This document shows, piece by piece, positions 1 to 9,507 of a DNA stretch of 64,000 nucleotides (positions within the stretch are counted from its first letter, which is position 1; every line of letters starts with the position of its first letter). The notes beneath the pieces are model-generated. The model was not told the DNA's origin. It did not search any database and worked only from the letters and a program-made list of their open reading frames with translations. The stretch comes from Candidatus Obscuribacteraceae bacterium (GTDB lineage Bacteria > Cyanobacteriota > Vampirovibrionia > Obscuribacterales > Obscuribacteraceae). The stretch spans positions 915,435 to 979,434 of the forward strand of contig JBGAHS010000002.1 of assembly GCA_044226015.1 (NCBI GenBank), written 5' to 3'. A program made the translations under genes and the position numbers.

Positions 1-1
1 C

Positions 2-565
2 TACGTAGAACAGGCTTTAGCCTGCTTTGAATTGCTAGTTGAGCATGGCAAATTTGTCCAAATGAAAGGGCGAGAAGATGGCGCACCATACGAAGAAATC
101 ATCTCGCTAGAGAGTGATTGCATCAAGCGCGAGGTTAACGGCTCAATGTTTTCAGAGAGCCGACGAAAAAATGAGACAGCAAACAAACCAATGATAGTCC
201 TTATTGACGAGAATACGCGCTCTGCTGCAGAGATGCTCGCTGGCGCTCTTCGTGACGTCGACCGAGCCGTGCTTGTCGGCAGACGAACTTTTGGCAAGGG
301 CGTCGTACAGTGCAGTTGGACGATTGAGCCGGCATGCTCAATCAAGGTGACTATGGCGAAGTACTTTCTGCCGTCGGGAGAGGATATAAACGGTGCCGGA
401 ATAAACCCAGACACAACACCAGATTTATACAAACAATTCTTTCAAAAAACTGGCATTGAAAAACAGAAGCAAAACAACAACGAGTCTCTGACTCAACTGT
501 TTAGAACTTTAACCCAGACTTCCGCACCTCATCGAATATCTGCTTCAACGGAAAAGTCACGGTAA
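2..565 (+). CDS. S41 family carboxyl-terminal processing protease, 3' part (5' end outside window)
   Basis: Frame open from the window edge; S41 motifs VLIDENTRSAAE (catalytic Ser), GRRTFGKG (Lys) and GINPD. Confidence 0.85.
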   Translation, partial: YVEQALACFELLVEHGKFVQMKGREDGAPYEEIISLESDCIKREVNGSMFSESRRKNETANKPMIVLIDENTRSAAEMLAGALRDVDRAVLVGRRTFGKGVVQCSWTIEPACSIKVTMAKYFLPSGEDINGAGINPDTTPDLYKQFFQKTGIEKQKQNNNESLTQLFRTLTQTSAPHRISASTEKSR

Positions 566-1124
566 CAGGCATCTCTGTTCCAGGAATATTTGCTGTTGCC
601 TCGACAAGCAATTGTCCTTTGTCATCTCGAATAATCTTAGCTTTGCCTTTCAACGGCACAATTTGCTTGACACCAAAGAAAACGATACTTACTACAAGCG
701 CCAGACCCTCGACGATTTGCAAACTCAACTCTTTGTTGTTTTCGCTAAGCTCAGCTTGCAAATGAACCAACTTATACATGCGCAAAGCTTCGATCTTGCC
801 CAATCCAACAATATCTCTGTTCAAAGGCACATCTGCTTCTTTAACTATGTGCATCTTCATGTCGAGAACGCGCATGGTCTTGAAACGAACATCAACGCCT
901 TTAAGATTAGTCGCTTCCTGAAAAACTTCCATCATTGCTTTTGCGGTAATGGAAATTTGACCACCCAATTTCTGGGCGTTATCTGAAATCGTCTTTAGTG
1001 TCTGCTCGGCCGACCCAAACTTTGACGAATCGATTGGCGGAACAACACTGAGAAATTGCTGGAAATACTTTTCCCACTCAGGTGTTTTTTGGCGCTCTTC
1101 TTTTTTACTTTCTTCGTTCATCAC
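501..1124 (-). CDS. Hypothetical protein (207 aa)
   Basis: Protein-like composition, co-oriented downstream of pit; overlaps the protease 3' end convergently by 65 bp; no family recognised. Confidence 0.7.
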   Translation of the reverse strand: MMNEESKKEERQKTPEWEKYFQQFLSVVPPIDSSKFGSAEQTLKTISDNAQKLGGQISITAKAMMEVFQEATNLKGVDVRFKTMRVLDMKMHIVKEADVPLNRDIVGLGKIEALRMYKLVHLQAELSENNKELSLQIVEGLALVVSIVFFGVKQIVPLKGKAKIIRDDKGQLLVEATANIPGTEMPVTVTFPLKQIFDEVRKSGLKF

Positions 1125-1181
1125 ATTTACTCAACTTAGAAGCTATTATGCAACATGACAACAAGTCTTGCATGAGTGCCG

Positions 1182-2219
1182 TTACAGCAGCTGATCTAAC
1201 CAGCGAAAGGCAAGGAAATAGAGGACTGCAGCGCATAGCCCGGCACAAGGAATAGTCAGGAACCAGGAAACCAGAATATCGCGAGCGACCAGCCAGCGGA
1301 CGTCCTTAAAGCGCTCTCCCGTTCCAATTCCCATGACCGTTGATGAAATTACTTGAGAGGTGGACACAGGACAGCCCGTGATAGAACTCAATAAAATAAT
1401 GGAGCCGCTTGCTGTCTCGGTGATGAAGCCATGAAGCAGGCGCAAGCGAAAAATACCAGACCCCACACGCTTCACAATTCCCGGAGCCAGAGATAAGACA
1501 CCAATGGCTATCGCAAGCCCGGAAACTATTCGCACCCAAAGCGGAATGTCGTCGCCCATATGAAGCCCAGATGAGTGCAGAGCTATCAAGATTATTCCCA
1601 TCACCTTTTGAGGGTCGTTGGCTCCATGACCGAAAGCCAGCATTGATACTGTGAGTACTTGCCCCCACTTCAGATACCTATTTATTGCAGTAGTGGCTTT
1701 TACCAGAAGCAGCATCGCAAGCTGCAGCAACAAGTAGCCAACGACAAAACCCACTACTGGCGAAGCAAACAAACTAACTATGATGCGAGAGAATCCGGTT
1801 GGATGGAAAAGATTCATTTCGCCAACAACGATATTATCGAAACCACCAGGGCTCGCGACGAATGCCCCCAAGAGCCCGCCAAAGAGAGCATGCGTTGAAC
1901 TCGATGGCATCTTCAAAGTCTTGGTCAGAAAATTCCACATTATGGCCGCTGTTAAGCCCGCCGATAAAACAGGCAGCATATGCGGATTCTCCGGAATGTT
2001 GGTCACAGATCGAACTGCATTTGCTACCGCCGAGCCACCAAATGTGGCACCAGCCAGCTCACAGGCTGCCACCAGCAAAACAGCTCTAACAGGCGTTAGT
2101 ACACGGCAGACTATGAGCCCAGCTGTCACACTGCTGCCATCTTGCAAGCCATTTGTGTATGTGAATACCAGACTCAATACAACAACGACAATGAATAGGT
2201 AGACTTCTGGTTCGAGCAC
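1182..2219 (-). CDS. pit: Inorganic phosphate transporter, PiT family
   Basis: Multiple TM segments; PiT signatures NGLQD, PSSSTHAL, HGAND, PVSTSQ. Confidence 0.93.
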   Translation of the reverse strand: MLEPEVYLFIVVVVLSLVFTYTNGLQDGSSVTAGLIVCRVLTPVRAVLLVAACELAGATFGGSAVANAVRSVTNIPENPHMLPVLSAGLTAAIMWNFLTKTLKMPSSSTHALFGGLLGAFVASPGGFDNIVVGEMNLFHPTGFSRIIVSLFASPVVGFVVGYLLLQLAMLLLVKATTAINRYLKWGQVLTVSMLAFGHGANDPQKVMGIILIALHSSGLHMGDDIPLWVRIVSGLAIAIGVLSLAPGIVKRVGSGIFRLRLLHGFITETASGSIILLSSITGCPVSTSQVISSTVMGIGTGERFKDVRWLVARDILVSWFLTIPCAGLCAAVLYFLAFRWLDQLL

Positions 2220-2223
2220 AGCC

Positions 2224-2865
2224 TCAGCTCATCTTCACGATTGCATGTAAAAGAGTTTCACCTACTCTGTCGATTCTATCTGCACTAACAACCATCGCCC
2301 TGTAGACTTCTTTTACTCTGAAGATCGTCTTAAAGTCGTCGAGGTCAAACAACTCGTTCACCGCTGGTCGATAAATTTTTCCAAAACGACTGTCGACCTT
2401 CCTCAGCTGCAAAGACTGTTCTGCTGCCTCACGAAGGTCAGTCTTCAGCGAATGAATTGCCGTCTTCATCAGAAGGGTTCCTTCCACAAGCATGTCTGCC
2501 ATCTCCAGAACCCTTGTGCCAGAAGGAGAAACATTCATCGCTTCCATTTCACGTACGACCCCCTTGGCCGAGTTTATGACTTCGTCCATGGTCCAGGAAA
2601 GCTCGTAAATGTCCTCACGGTCGAAGGGAGTGACAAAGGACACCACCAGCTTCCGCTCAAGGTCCATCTTCATCTCGTCAGCCTGCCGCTCGAGGTCCCT
2701 CACAGTCTGACAGCGAGCATCACCGTCCTCACGCAGCCAGGTCGCCAACGCGACCATACCCTCATGGGTCTTGTCAGCCTGCGTGGTCAGCAGGGCATAA
2801 AAATCGACGGTTGGTTCAAAAATTCCACTGAACCAGTGAAGGTGTTTTTTCTTCTGACCGACCAT
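2224..2865 (-). CDS. DUF47 / PhoU-like phosphate transport regulator
   Basis: LERQAD and FVTPFDREDI motifs; 4 bp from pit, the usual pairing. Confidence 0.9.
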   Translation of the reverse strand: MVGQKKKHLHWFSGIFEPTVDFYALLTTQADKTHEGMVALATWLREDGDARCQTVRDLERQADEMKMDLERKLVVSFVTPFDREDIYELSWTMDEVINSAKGVVREMEAMNVSPSGTRVLEMADMLVEGTLLMKTAIHSLKTDLREAAEQSLQLRKVDSRFGKIYRPAVNELFDLDDFKTIFRVKEVYRAMVVSADRIDRVGETLLHAIVKMS

Positions 2866-3078
2866 ATTTAACCTCAGCCTAGCTTACACAGCATAACAAA
2901 TTATCAGCAAGAAAAACCCGAAACTCTTATGTTGTCTGCGATTTCAAGAAATGCTGGCGATACGGCACAATGGCAGTGCCATCCATATCGCTGTTATATA
3001 TATTTTATGAGCAACCCTGTTATAGCAGACAGTCGCTTGGGTAAGTGAGAAATAGAAAGATGGAGGTCGTTAGCAAGG

Positions 3079-3177
3079 ATGCGTGAGCTTGGCAACTGGA
3101 TCGCTGAACTAATCAGAAAATTGTTTCCTGCAGCACCGGTGCCAGTGCGTGTTCCCGTCAAGTCAAAAAATCGCTAA
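3079..3177 (+). CDS. Putative 32-aa small protein MRELGNWIAELIRKLFPAAPVPVRVPVKSKNR (below ORF-track cutoff)
   Basis: GGAGG at 3062-3066, ATG 3079, TAA 3175-3177, then a hairpin; amphipathic helix plus PVPVRVPV tail. Confidence 0.55.
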   Translation: MRELGNWIAELIRKLFPAAPVPVRVPVKSKNR

Positions 3178-3207
3178 CGACGACTTTCAAATCTGGGCTA
3201 AAGTGGT

Positions 3208-3246
3208 TACGAAGGAGGGATTGAACAAGATCCCTCCTTCGTATTT
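3208..3246 (+). terminator. Probable intrinsic terminator after the small ORF
   Basis: 14-bp perfect stem TACGAAGGAGGGAT / ATCCCTCCTTCGTA followed by TTT. Confidence 0.6.
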
Positions 3247-3261
3247 GTGCGCCAAATAGAC

Positions 3262-3307
3262 AAAAAGATACGAAGGAGAAACTGGCAGGGATGTTTCTCC
3301 TTCGTAT
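3262..3307 (-). terminator. Probable minus-strand intrinsic terminator with no CDS immediately upstream
   Basis: 15-bp stem ATACGAAGGAGAAAC / GTTTCTCCTTCGTAT followed on the minus strand by CTTTTT. Confidence 0.55.
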
Positions 3308-3475
3308 TTGGCGAACCGAGGCATCTTGCAGGGAGCAGTACCTTAGTTCGGGGTTCCATATGTGTTTTTATCCGCCTTCAAAATATTTTGGACATATCCA
3401 TTGAAATATTTTTCTGTTTAATTTATGCCAGCAATGGGCAGGGAAAATTAGGCGGGAAATGGGGATATACGGGCG

Positions 3476-4942
3476 ATGGCGGGCTCTACAACTACTTGTC
3501 AGCGATGCGGAAAAGGCTATATGGGCGCCTCTTGCCCATTTTGCACAGTAACAGGGGTAGACCTGGAAGCTTTATTAAACGCCGAGGAGATGAAACTCCT
3601 TCGCTCGGAAGTCGACGCATCTCCGGTGTCACTGGTAGACATGGTATCTGGGAAGTCTTACCCTGTGGTTACTCCGCTCTGCAAAGTGGGTCGCGACCTC
3701 GGAAACGACATCGCACTGTCTGGCGACCGTTCAATGTCCAGGTTCCATTGCCAGATAACCCATAACGGTATCGACTATTTAATCGAAGACTGTGGAAGCA
3801 GAAACGGCACCTTCTTAAACGGCAGCCCCATCGCTACGTCCAGAAAATTGCAGAACGGCGACATTATGAGCGCTGGTGTCAGCAGATACCGATTCACTGT
3901 AAAGAGCATCGATGAGCTTTCGGCCATAGACCTCATGCCAAATACGCCTGTCGAAGAGCCGAGCCTAGAGTCGGGCGCAACAACAGAATTTGTCTCAGAC
4001 GGAGTTCCAACATCAGCCGTCACACCTGAGCAAATAAATGAGGCAAGAGAGGCCCTGCAGAAATTGCGGGGAACTGTCGAGGAGCCAGAGAATGACGGAT
4101 GGCAGGAAGCCACTCCGCCAGCGGCTCCAGCTCAGCAATCGAAACCAGTACCAGAAAAAGACAAACCAAGTTCTGCACCCAGCTTGCCGCCGCCACCAAA
4201 GCCGAGAAGCGCACCAGCAACGGCAGCATTGCCTCCGCGACCCACACCGAGGTCAGCAATGGCAGCTGCTATGTTTGGCGACGGAGTTTTGCCAGCATGG
4301 ATGGAAGAGTTTTCCATGCCAGAACTGCAAAAACTCATGCATGAGAAAGAGCGGCTTAATGGTCTGCTCGAGGAAATTCGCCAGGACATCCATCAGATTG
4401 ACAGGCGCATCGCAGCTATGCAAGGCGTTTCACAGGCGCTGCTATCAGCAGGGGGACCAGAACTGGGTCATGCCTGCAAACAAGTTTTTGAAGCAGTCGA
4501 GTGGCACACCGACATTTCGCCGAATAACCCATTCGAACTCAGCTTGAAACGTGAAGGCAAAATTGAAGCTGTGATCCGCGTCATAGTCTGCAACGGCGAC
4601 CCTAACCAGAAAGATTTTGAGGCTCTCGTAAATCAGCAAGCAGTTGTCTGGTGCCAACACAACCACGAACCGAAAGGAATTATGGTGGTTCAAGTCAGCC
4701 CCAATCTTGCGCCAAAAGACCGACCATATTTGACGCAAGAATTCCTGGAAAACATGCGGCGCAAGAAGATTTGCGTGGTGCAACCAACGCAGCTGCTAGC
4801 GATGTTCAGGCTCGCTTCTCAAACAGGTGCTGACAAAAACTATTTCAAACAAATGCTAATCACCACCAGTGGTGCCTTACCTGGTTTCGTAATGAAACCC
4901 CAAGAAGCACAAGCGCAAAATCAGCCGACACCGACGGTTTAG
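3476..4942 (+). CDS. FHA-domain protein: zinc ribbon, FHA, Pro-rich linker, coiled coil, alpha/beta C-terminal domain
   Basis: CQRC...CPFC; FHA motifs VGR, SRFH, GSRNGTFLNG. Confidence 0.85.
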   Translation: MAGSTTTCQRCGKGYMGASCPFCTVTGVDLEALLNAEEMKLLRSEVDASPVSLVDMVSGKSYPVVTPLCKVGRDLGNDIALSGDRSMSRFHCQITHNGIDYLIEDCGSRNGTFLNGSPIATSRKLQNGDIMSAGVSRYRFTVKSIDELSAIDLMPNTPVEEPSLESGATTEFVSDGVPTSAVTPEQINEAREALQKLRGTVEEPENDGWQEATPPAAPAQQSKPVPEKDKPSSAPSLPPPPKPRSAPATAALPPRPTPRSAMAAAMFGDGVLPAWMEEFSMPELQKLMHEKERLNGLLEEIRQDIHQIDRRIAAMQGVSQALLSAGGPELGHACKQVFEAVEWHTDISPNNPFELSLKREGKIEAVIRVIVCNGDPNQKDFEALVNQQAVVWCQHNHEPKGIMVVQVSPNLAPKDRPYLTQEFLENMRRKKICVVQPTQLLAMFRLASQTGADKNYFKQMLITTSGALPGFVMKPQEAQAQNQPTPTV

Positions 4943-5004
4943 CTGCTGCAAGAAATGCTGCAAGAAACAACACTTACGCCAATCACAAACAATTGAAGGC
5001 GAGC

Positions 5005-5940
5005 CTAACCCCACTTGTTCATACGTTCTTTAATCAAATCAATTGTCTTATCCGAATACAAGCGGAACACTTTGACTGGCACCTTGCCAGAAACTTTTTT
5101 CACGGCTTCTTCGCTGGGCAAATCGCAAAATACTAAATTCGCGTGTTTCATCACGTATTGAATCTCAGTTGTTTCATCTTTGCCGATGCAGCGCACTGCA
5201 ACTTCCTCGCCACGCACAGCTGCTGCCATGTTGTTCGCCATCTTCAGCAATGTTTTGCTGGCCGAAATGATTGCCAGCAAGCTGCCCGCACGAAGCTCAG
5301 TAAGCGCATTCATTTCATCGACGCCCGGCTCTACTGTGCAGACAACAAATCGAGTTGGGTCAAGGTCAAGGCTTTGTACGGGGTAAAGGTGATAGAAGCT
5401 GGTGAGTAGTAGTGAATCTGCCAGCAACCCGGAATTTTTTGCGAGTTTCTCCACGGTAATTGGTTGCACCGGAATCTCAAACTTAGGCGAAAGCTCTGCC
5501 ATCAAGATAGGGTGAAAGTCCTCATTTCTATCGACAACAAGAATTCTCTGAATAGGCTTTGACTTCAGCATGCGTTCGGCAAACTGACTGACTTGCTCGC
5601 GGGATAGCCCAGACTCAGCGGCACGCGCGAGACACTGCTTAAAAAGCGCCTCTAAACTTATTTCTCGCTGGCTGTCGCCGGACAGACTTCTGCTTGCTAC
5701 ACGAACACCGCTACCCTGGCGAATTTCGAGAAGTCCAGCTTCCTCGAGCTGGTTGTATGCCGATGTGACTGTGCTGTGATGAATGGCCAGCTTTTGCGCC
5801 AACTGACGTATACTTGGCAGCTTGTCTCTGGGTTTCAATGTGCCTGAGGCAATCTGCAACCCAATCTGTTCGATTAGTTGGTCTTTAACTGGCACCGGAC
5901 CATCTTTTGAAATACTCAACTTAATCGTGCTTGACAGCAT
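5005..5940 (-). CDS. GntR family transcriptional regulator (PlmA/YtrA-like)
   Basis: wHTH KLPSIRQLA...TVTSAYNQLEEAGLLEIRQGSG; 311 aa length fits cyanobacterial PlmA-type regulators. Confidence 0.88.
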   Translation of the reverse strand: MLSSTIKLSISKDGPVPVKDQLIEQIGLQIASGTLKPRDKLPSIRQLAQKLAIHHSTVTSAYNQLEEAGLLEIRQGSGVRVASRSLSGDSQREISLEALFKQCLARAAESGLSREQVSQFAERMLKSKPIQRILVVDRNEDFHPILMAELSPKFEIPVQPITVEKLAKNSGLLADSLLLTSFYHLYPVQSLDLDPTRFVVCTVEPGVDEMNALTELRAGSLLAIISASKTLLKMANNMAAAVRGEEVAVRCIGKDETTEIQYVMKHANLVFCDLPSEEAVKKVSGKVPVKVFRLYSDKTIDLIKERMNKWG

Positions 5941-6178
5941 ATCGCCTCGCTAAACATAGTGCAGCTACTCATTATAGCCCAAGCGAGAAAGCGCGAGGTG
6001 AGTACTTCAGACCAATAATAAGAGAACGCGCACAGCCAAAAACATGCCACCACATTTGGTAGCAAATAACAAGCAAAAGCGAGTTAAGAGAATGTCTCTA
6101 AATGCCTCGCAGATTAACATCCGCACATTTGTCAACAGCCTCAATACGCTAGGATCTTGGCAATGTTCCAGGTGCGAG

Positions 6179-7342
6179 ATGAATCAGACGCTTGATCCTT
6201 ACGCTCAAGCCCTCGAAGAACGCGTTGCACAAAGTACTTTCAGACTTTTGCGCTCTTCAAGGCCGCTTCCTCAGGGTATGCTTGAAATTTCAGGCAAGAC
6301 CCTGCTTAACCTTGCATCTAACGACTATTTGGGACTCTCTCAGGACTCGCGGCTGATTGAACGCGCTCAGGAATACGCCAGAAAATATGGCGTCGGAAGC
6401 GGCGCTTCGCGACTTATAAGTGGCAATCTCAGAATTTACGATGATATTGAGGCAAAATTGGCGAGCCTCAAAGGCAGTGAGACAGCGTTAATACTGCCAG
6501 GCGGCTATCAGACCAACAGCTCACTCATACCAACTCTTCTCAACAAAAGCAGCACAGCAGCAGCAGACAAGCTGGTACATCGAAGCATGCTAGAAGGCTT
6601 GCGCCTGAGTGAATCCAAATGGTTCAGATACAAACATGGCGATTTACAAAATATGCAGGCAAAACTCGCAAGTTTTGCAGACTCAAAAACGCGTTGGCTT
6701 TTCACCGAAACAGTGTTCAGCATGGATGGTGATTGCAGCGACTTCGATGAACTCATCTCTGTAAGTCAAAACAATGACATGCGGCTTTATGTTGACGAAG
6801 CACACGCCACAGGCGTTCTTGGGAAGAACGGCATGGGGCTGAGTGCTGGAAAGAATTTTTCGGGCATCAGCATGGGAACTTTTGGAAAGGGACTCGGAAG
6901 CTTCGGCTCGTACATCTGCTGCTCTTCCTTGATGCGAGAATTCTTGATTAACTTTTGCCCCGGACTCATTTATTCAACTGCTTTACCTCCACCCGTTCTG
7001 GGCGCCATTGACGCAGCACTCGACCTGGTTCCGGAAATGGAAGAAGATCGCGCACGCCTTCTAGACAATGCTAGTTACTTGCGCACAGCGCTGAATCAAT
7101 CAGGATTTGAAACAGGTACATCAAGCACTCAGATTATTCCTATTATTGTCGGTTCAACAGTTTCCGCACTAAATCTTTCGGCATACCTGGAAGGTGCAGG
7201 CTTCTTCATTCCTGCTATTCGACCTCCAACAGTGCCTGATGGAAGCGCACGCTTGAGAGTTTCACTGAGTTCAGTTCATACAAAAGAGCAAATAGACAGG
7301 CTAATTGGTTCGATCAGGAGATGGCATGAAAAAGAAGATTGA
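6179..7342 (+). CDS. bioF: 8-amino-7-oxononanoate synthase
   Basis: LASNDYLGL, VDEAH, GTFGK (PLP Lys), IRPPTVP; start placed at ATG 6179 after AGGTG. Confidence 0.95.
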   Translation: MNQTLDPYAQALEERVAQSTFRLLRSSRPLPQGMLEISGKTLLNLASNDYLGLSQDSRLIERAQEYARKYGVGSGASRLISGNLRIYDDIEAKLASLKGSETALILPGGYQTNSSLIPTLLNKSSTAAADKLVHRSMLEGLRLSESKWFRYKHGDLQNMQAKLASFADSKTRWLFTETVFSMDGDCSDFDELISVSQNNDMRLYVDEAHATGVLGKNGMGLSAGKNFSGISMGTFGKGLGSFGSYICCSSLMREFLINFCPGLIYSTALPPPVLGAIDAALDLVPEMEEDRARLLDNASYLRTALNQSGFETGTSSTQIIPIIVGSTVSALNLSAYLEGAGFFIPAIRPPTVPDGSARLRVSLSSVHTKEQIDRLIGSIRRWHEKED

Positions 7343-8048
7343 AATAATTCTGCAACACGGCTGGGGTTTCGACAGCTCGTGTTGGCGCGGTTGGATGCCC
7401 CACCTCAAAGAGAATCAGGACTGTGAAATTTCAGTACAAACACCTGATCGCGGCTATTTTGACACTCCTAAAGAAGTGAGCCCATTCCAGAATAACGATT
7501 CATTGAAAGTAATCATCGTACATTCCCTAGGACTTCACCTTTTGCCCGAGAGAATCATTCAATCTGCTGATCTCCTGGTCATCGCTTCGAGTTTCACTGA
7601 CTTCCACAGCGGCAGCCCGCTCGATAGCAAACGTAGTAAACGCAAAGTCGCTTCAATGCTTCGCCGTATTGATGAGTCACCGGTAGATCTCATAAACGAC
7701 TTTTACAGGACCTGCTACAGCCCTCTTTTGACCAAGCAACTTTTGCTAATGCCAACACCACGCTCAATGAATGTTGAACAGCTGCGCACAGACCTTCACT
7801 TGCTGGACACTCACGTTTTCGACCTCCAGAATCTGAAAAAAGCTGCCAAAGTTCTTTTTGTTCACGGCAGCGAAGACGATGTTGTTTCGTCTTCTCATTC
7901 AATAAGAATGAACGAAGAACTGCACAATAGCGACATAATTTTGTTTGAAGGCGCAGGTCACTCGCTGCCTTTGACACATGTTGCACCCGTATGGATTTCC
8001 CTGCGCAGCAAATTGCGTCACTTACTGGCGGTGAGCCTGAAATCATGA
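7326..8048 (+). CDS. Alpha/beta hydrolase, BioH-like pimeloyl-ACP methyl ester esterase
   Basis: HGWG, HSLG nucleophile elbow, HGSEDD, GAGH; located between bioF and bioC. Confidence 0.78.
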   Translation: MKKKIEIILQHGWGFDSSCWRGWMPHLKENQDCEISVQTPDRGYFDTPKEVSPFQNNDSLKVIIVHSLGLHLLPERIIQSADLLVIASSFTDFHSGSPLDSKRSKRKVASMLRRIDESPVDLINDFYRTCYSPLLTKQLLLMPTPRSMNVEQLRTDLHLLDTHVFDLQNLKKAAKVLFVHGSEDDVVSSSHSIRMNEELHNSDIILFEGAGHSLPLTHVAPVWISLRSKLRHLLAVSLKS

Positions 8049-8848
8049 TTAGCCAGTTGAGTGCAGACAGATTCAAAATTAGAGTAAGAGATGCGTTCTC
8101 CAGATATGCGGGCAGTTACGATAACCACGCCCGTTTGCAGGACCATGCAGCAGAACAAACTGCACGACTACTCCACCAATTGAAAGAAAAAACTGTCATT
8201 CCCGAGGGCGCAGTACTGGAAATCGGCTGTGGAACGGGATTATTCACGAATAGATTTGCGAACATCTTGCCCGAACGCACAATAGTTTGCTCGGACATTT
8301 CAAGCAAAATGGTCGAAATATGCCAGAAGCGAATGGCAGCACACAACAATTTAGAGTACTGCACTCTTGACGCAGAAGACCTGCCACCACAACCTCAGTA
8401 TGCTCTCATAGCATCAAGCTTTGCACTGCAGTGGTTCTACAACCCTGTTGAAGGAATCACAAAACTGGTCAACGCTCTCAAGCCAGGAGGACTTCTGCTA
8501 TTTTCTGTTCCGGGTGACGAAAGCTGCCAGGAATGGCGAACAGCCAGCCACAAATTGGACATTCCTTTTACAAGAAATCCACTACCGAAACTATCAGAGT
8601 TGAAAGACATTGCGCTGGAAAAGCGCATGGAATTCCGCTTGCAAGACCTCACAGTGGAAGAGACCTACTCGGATGCTGCAGCCATGTTACGCTCATTCAA
8701 AGAACTCGGGGCAGGTACCCAACGCAACAATCTCGAAATGACAGCAGGGCAGTTAAGGCAACTTCTACGTGAACTTGATTTGAATTCCAAACCGCTCAAG
8801 ACGAAGCATCAGGTGATAGTCGGCTATTACCGTAGACTTCCAAGTTAA
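8045..8848 (+). CDS. bioC: Malonyl-ACP O-methyltransferase
   Basis: FSRYAGSYD..A.LQ, LEIGCGTG, ALQW; ATGA overlap with the upstream gene. Confidence 0.9.
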   Translation: MISQLSADRFKIRVRDAFSRYAGSYDNHARLQDHAAEQTARLLHQLKEKTVIPEGAVLEIGCGTGLFTNRFANILPERTIVCSDISSKMVEICQKRMAAHNNLEYCTLDAEDLPPQPQYALIASSFALQWFYNPVEGITKLVNALKPGGLLLFSVPGDESCQEWRTASHKLDIPFTRNPLPKLSELKDIALEKRMEFRLQDLTVEETYSDAAAMLRSFKELGAGTQRNNLEMTAGQLRQLLRELDLNSKPLKTKHQVIVGYYRRLPS

Positions 8849-9507
8849 TGATTAATATGACAACGACAACAGAATTTCCGAAAGTATTTTTTGTTAGCGG
8901 CACAGATACCGATGTAGGCAAAACTGTGGTGTCCACTGTGTTAGCCCTTGGTCTCAATGCATATTACTGGAAGCCCGTGCAGTCGGGACCTGAGACTGAC
9001 AGCGCTACCCTTGAAAAAATGGGAGTCGACCCCGCTCGAATTCTTCCTGAAACATTTACTCTAAGTCAGCCTTTATCACCCCACTTAGCAGCGCGACTGG
9101 ACAACAAATACATAAGCCTTGACGACCTCACTTTGCCGATCATTCGTCCGGACCAATATCTCATCGTAGAGGGCGCAGGCGGGCTGCTGGTGCCTCTCAA
9201 TGAAGACAAATTGGTCATTGATCTAATACAAAAGCTAGAACTACCAGTGGTGCTTGTAAGTCGCACGACCCTTGGAACAATAAACCACACTTTGCTGAGT
9301 ATTGAAGCACTGAAAGCGAGAAAGATTCCCATTGTCGGTGTGATTATGTCTGGCGAACCAAACGAAGAAAACAAGAAAGCTATTGAGCAACACGGCAAAA
9401 TAAAAGTGATTGGGGTCGTTCCCAAAATGGAATCGCTAAACAAAACATCTTTGCTGGAAACCTTTGAAAGTGTTTTTGGACAAAGAGAAGCAATAAATGA
9501 AAAATAG
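8848..9507 (+). CDS. bioD: Dethiobiotin synthase
   Basis: GTDTDVGKT, KPVQSG, VEGAGG, LGTINHT; TAATG overlap. Confidence 0.96.
   Translation: MINMTTTTEFPKVFFVSGTDTDVGKTVVSTVLALGLNAYYWKPVQSGPETDSATLEKMGVDPARILPETFTLSQPLSPHLAARLDNKYISLDDLTLPIIRPDQYLIVEGAGGLLVPLNEDKLVIDLIQKLELPVVLVSRTTLGTINHTLLSIEALKARKIPIVGVIMSGEPNEENKKAIEQHGKIKVIGVVPKMESLNKTSLLETFESVFGQREAINEK

Noticed and set aside
3247..3765. 172-aa plus-strand ORF
   Set aside because: Overlaps the FHA gene out of frame and spans terminator hairpins.
6110..6160. BirA operator upstream of bioF
   Set aside because: Only one half-site-like TTGTCAAC; no matching inverted half at the expected spacing.
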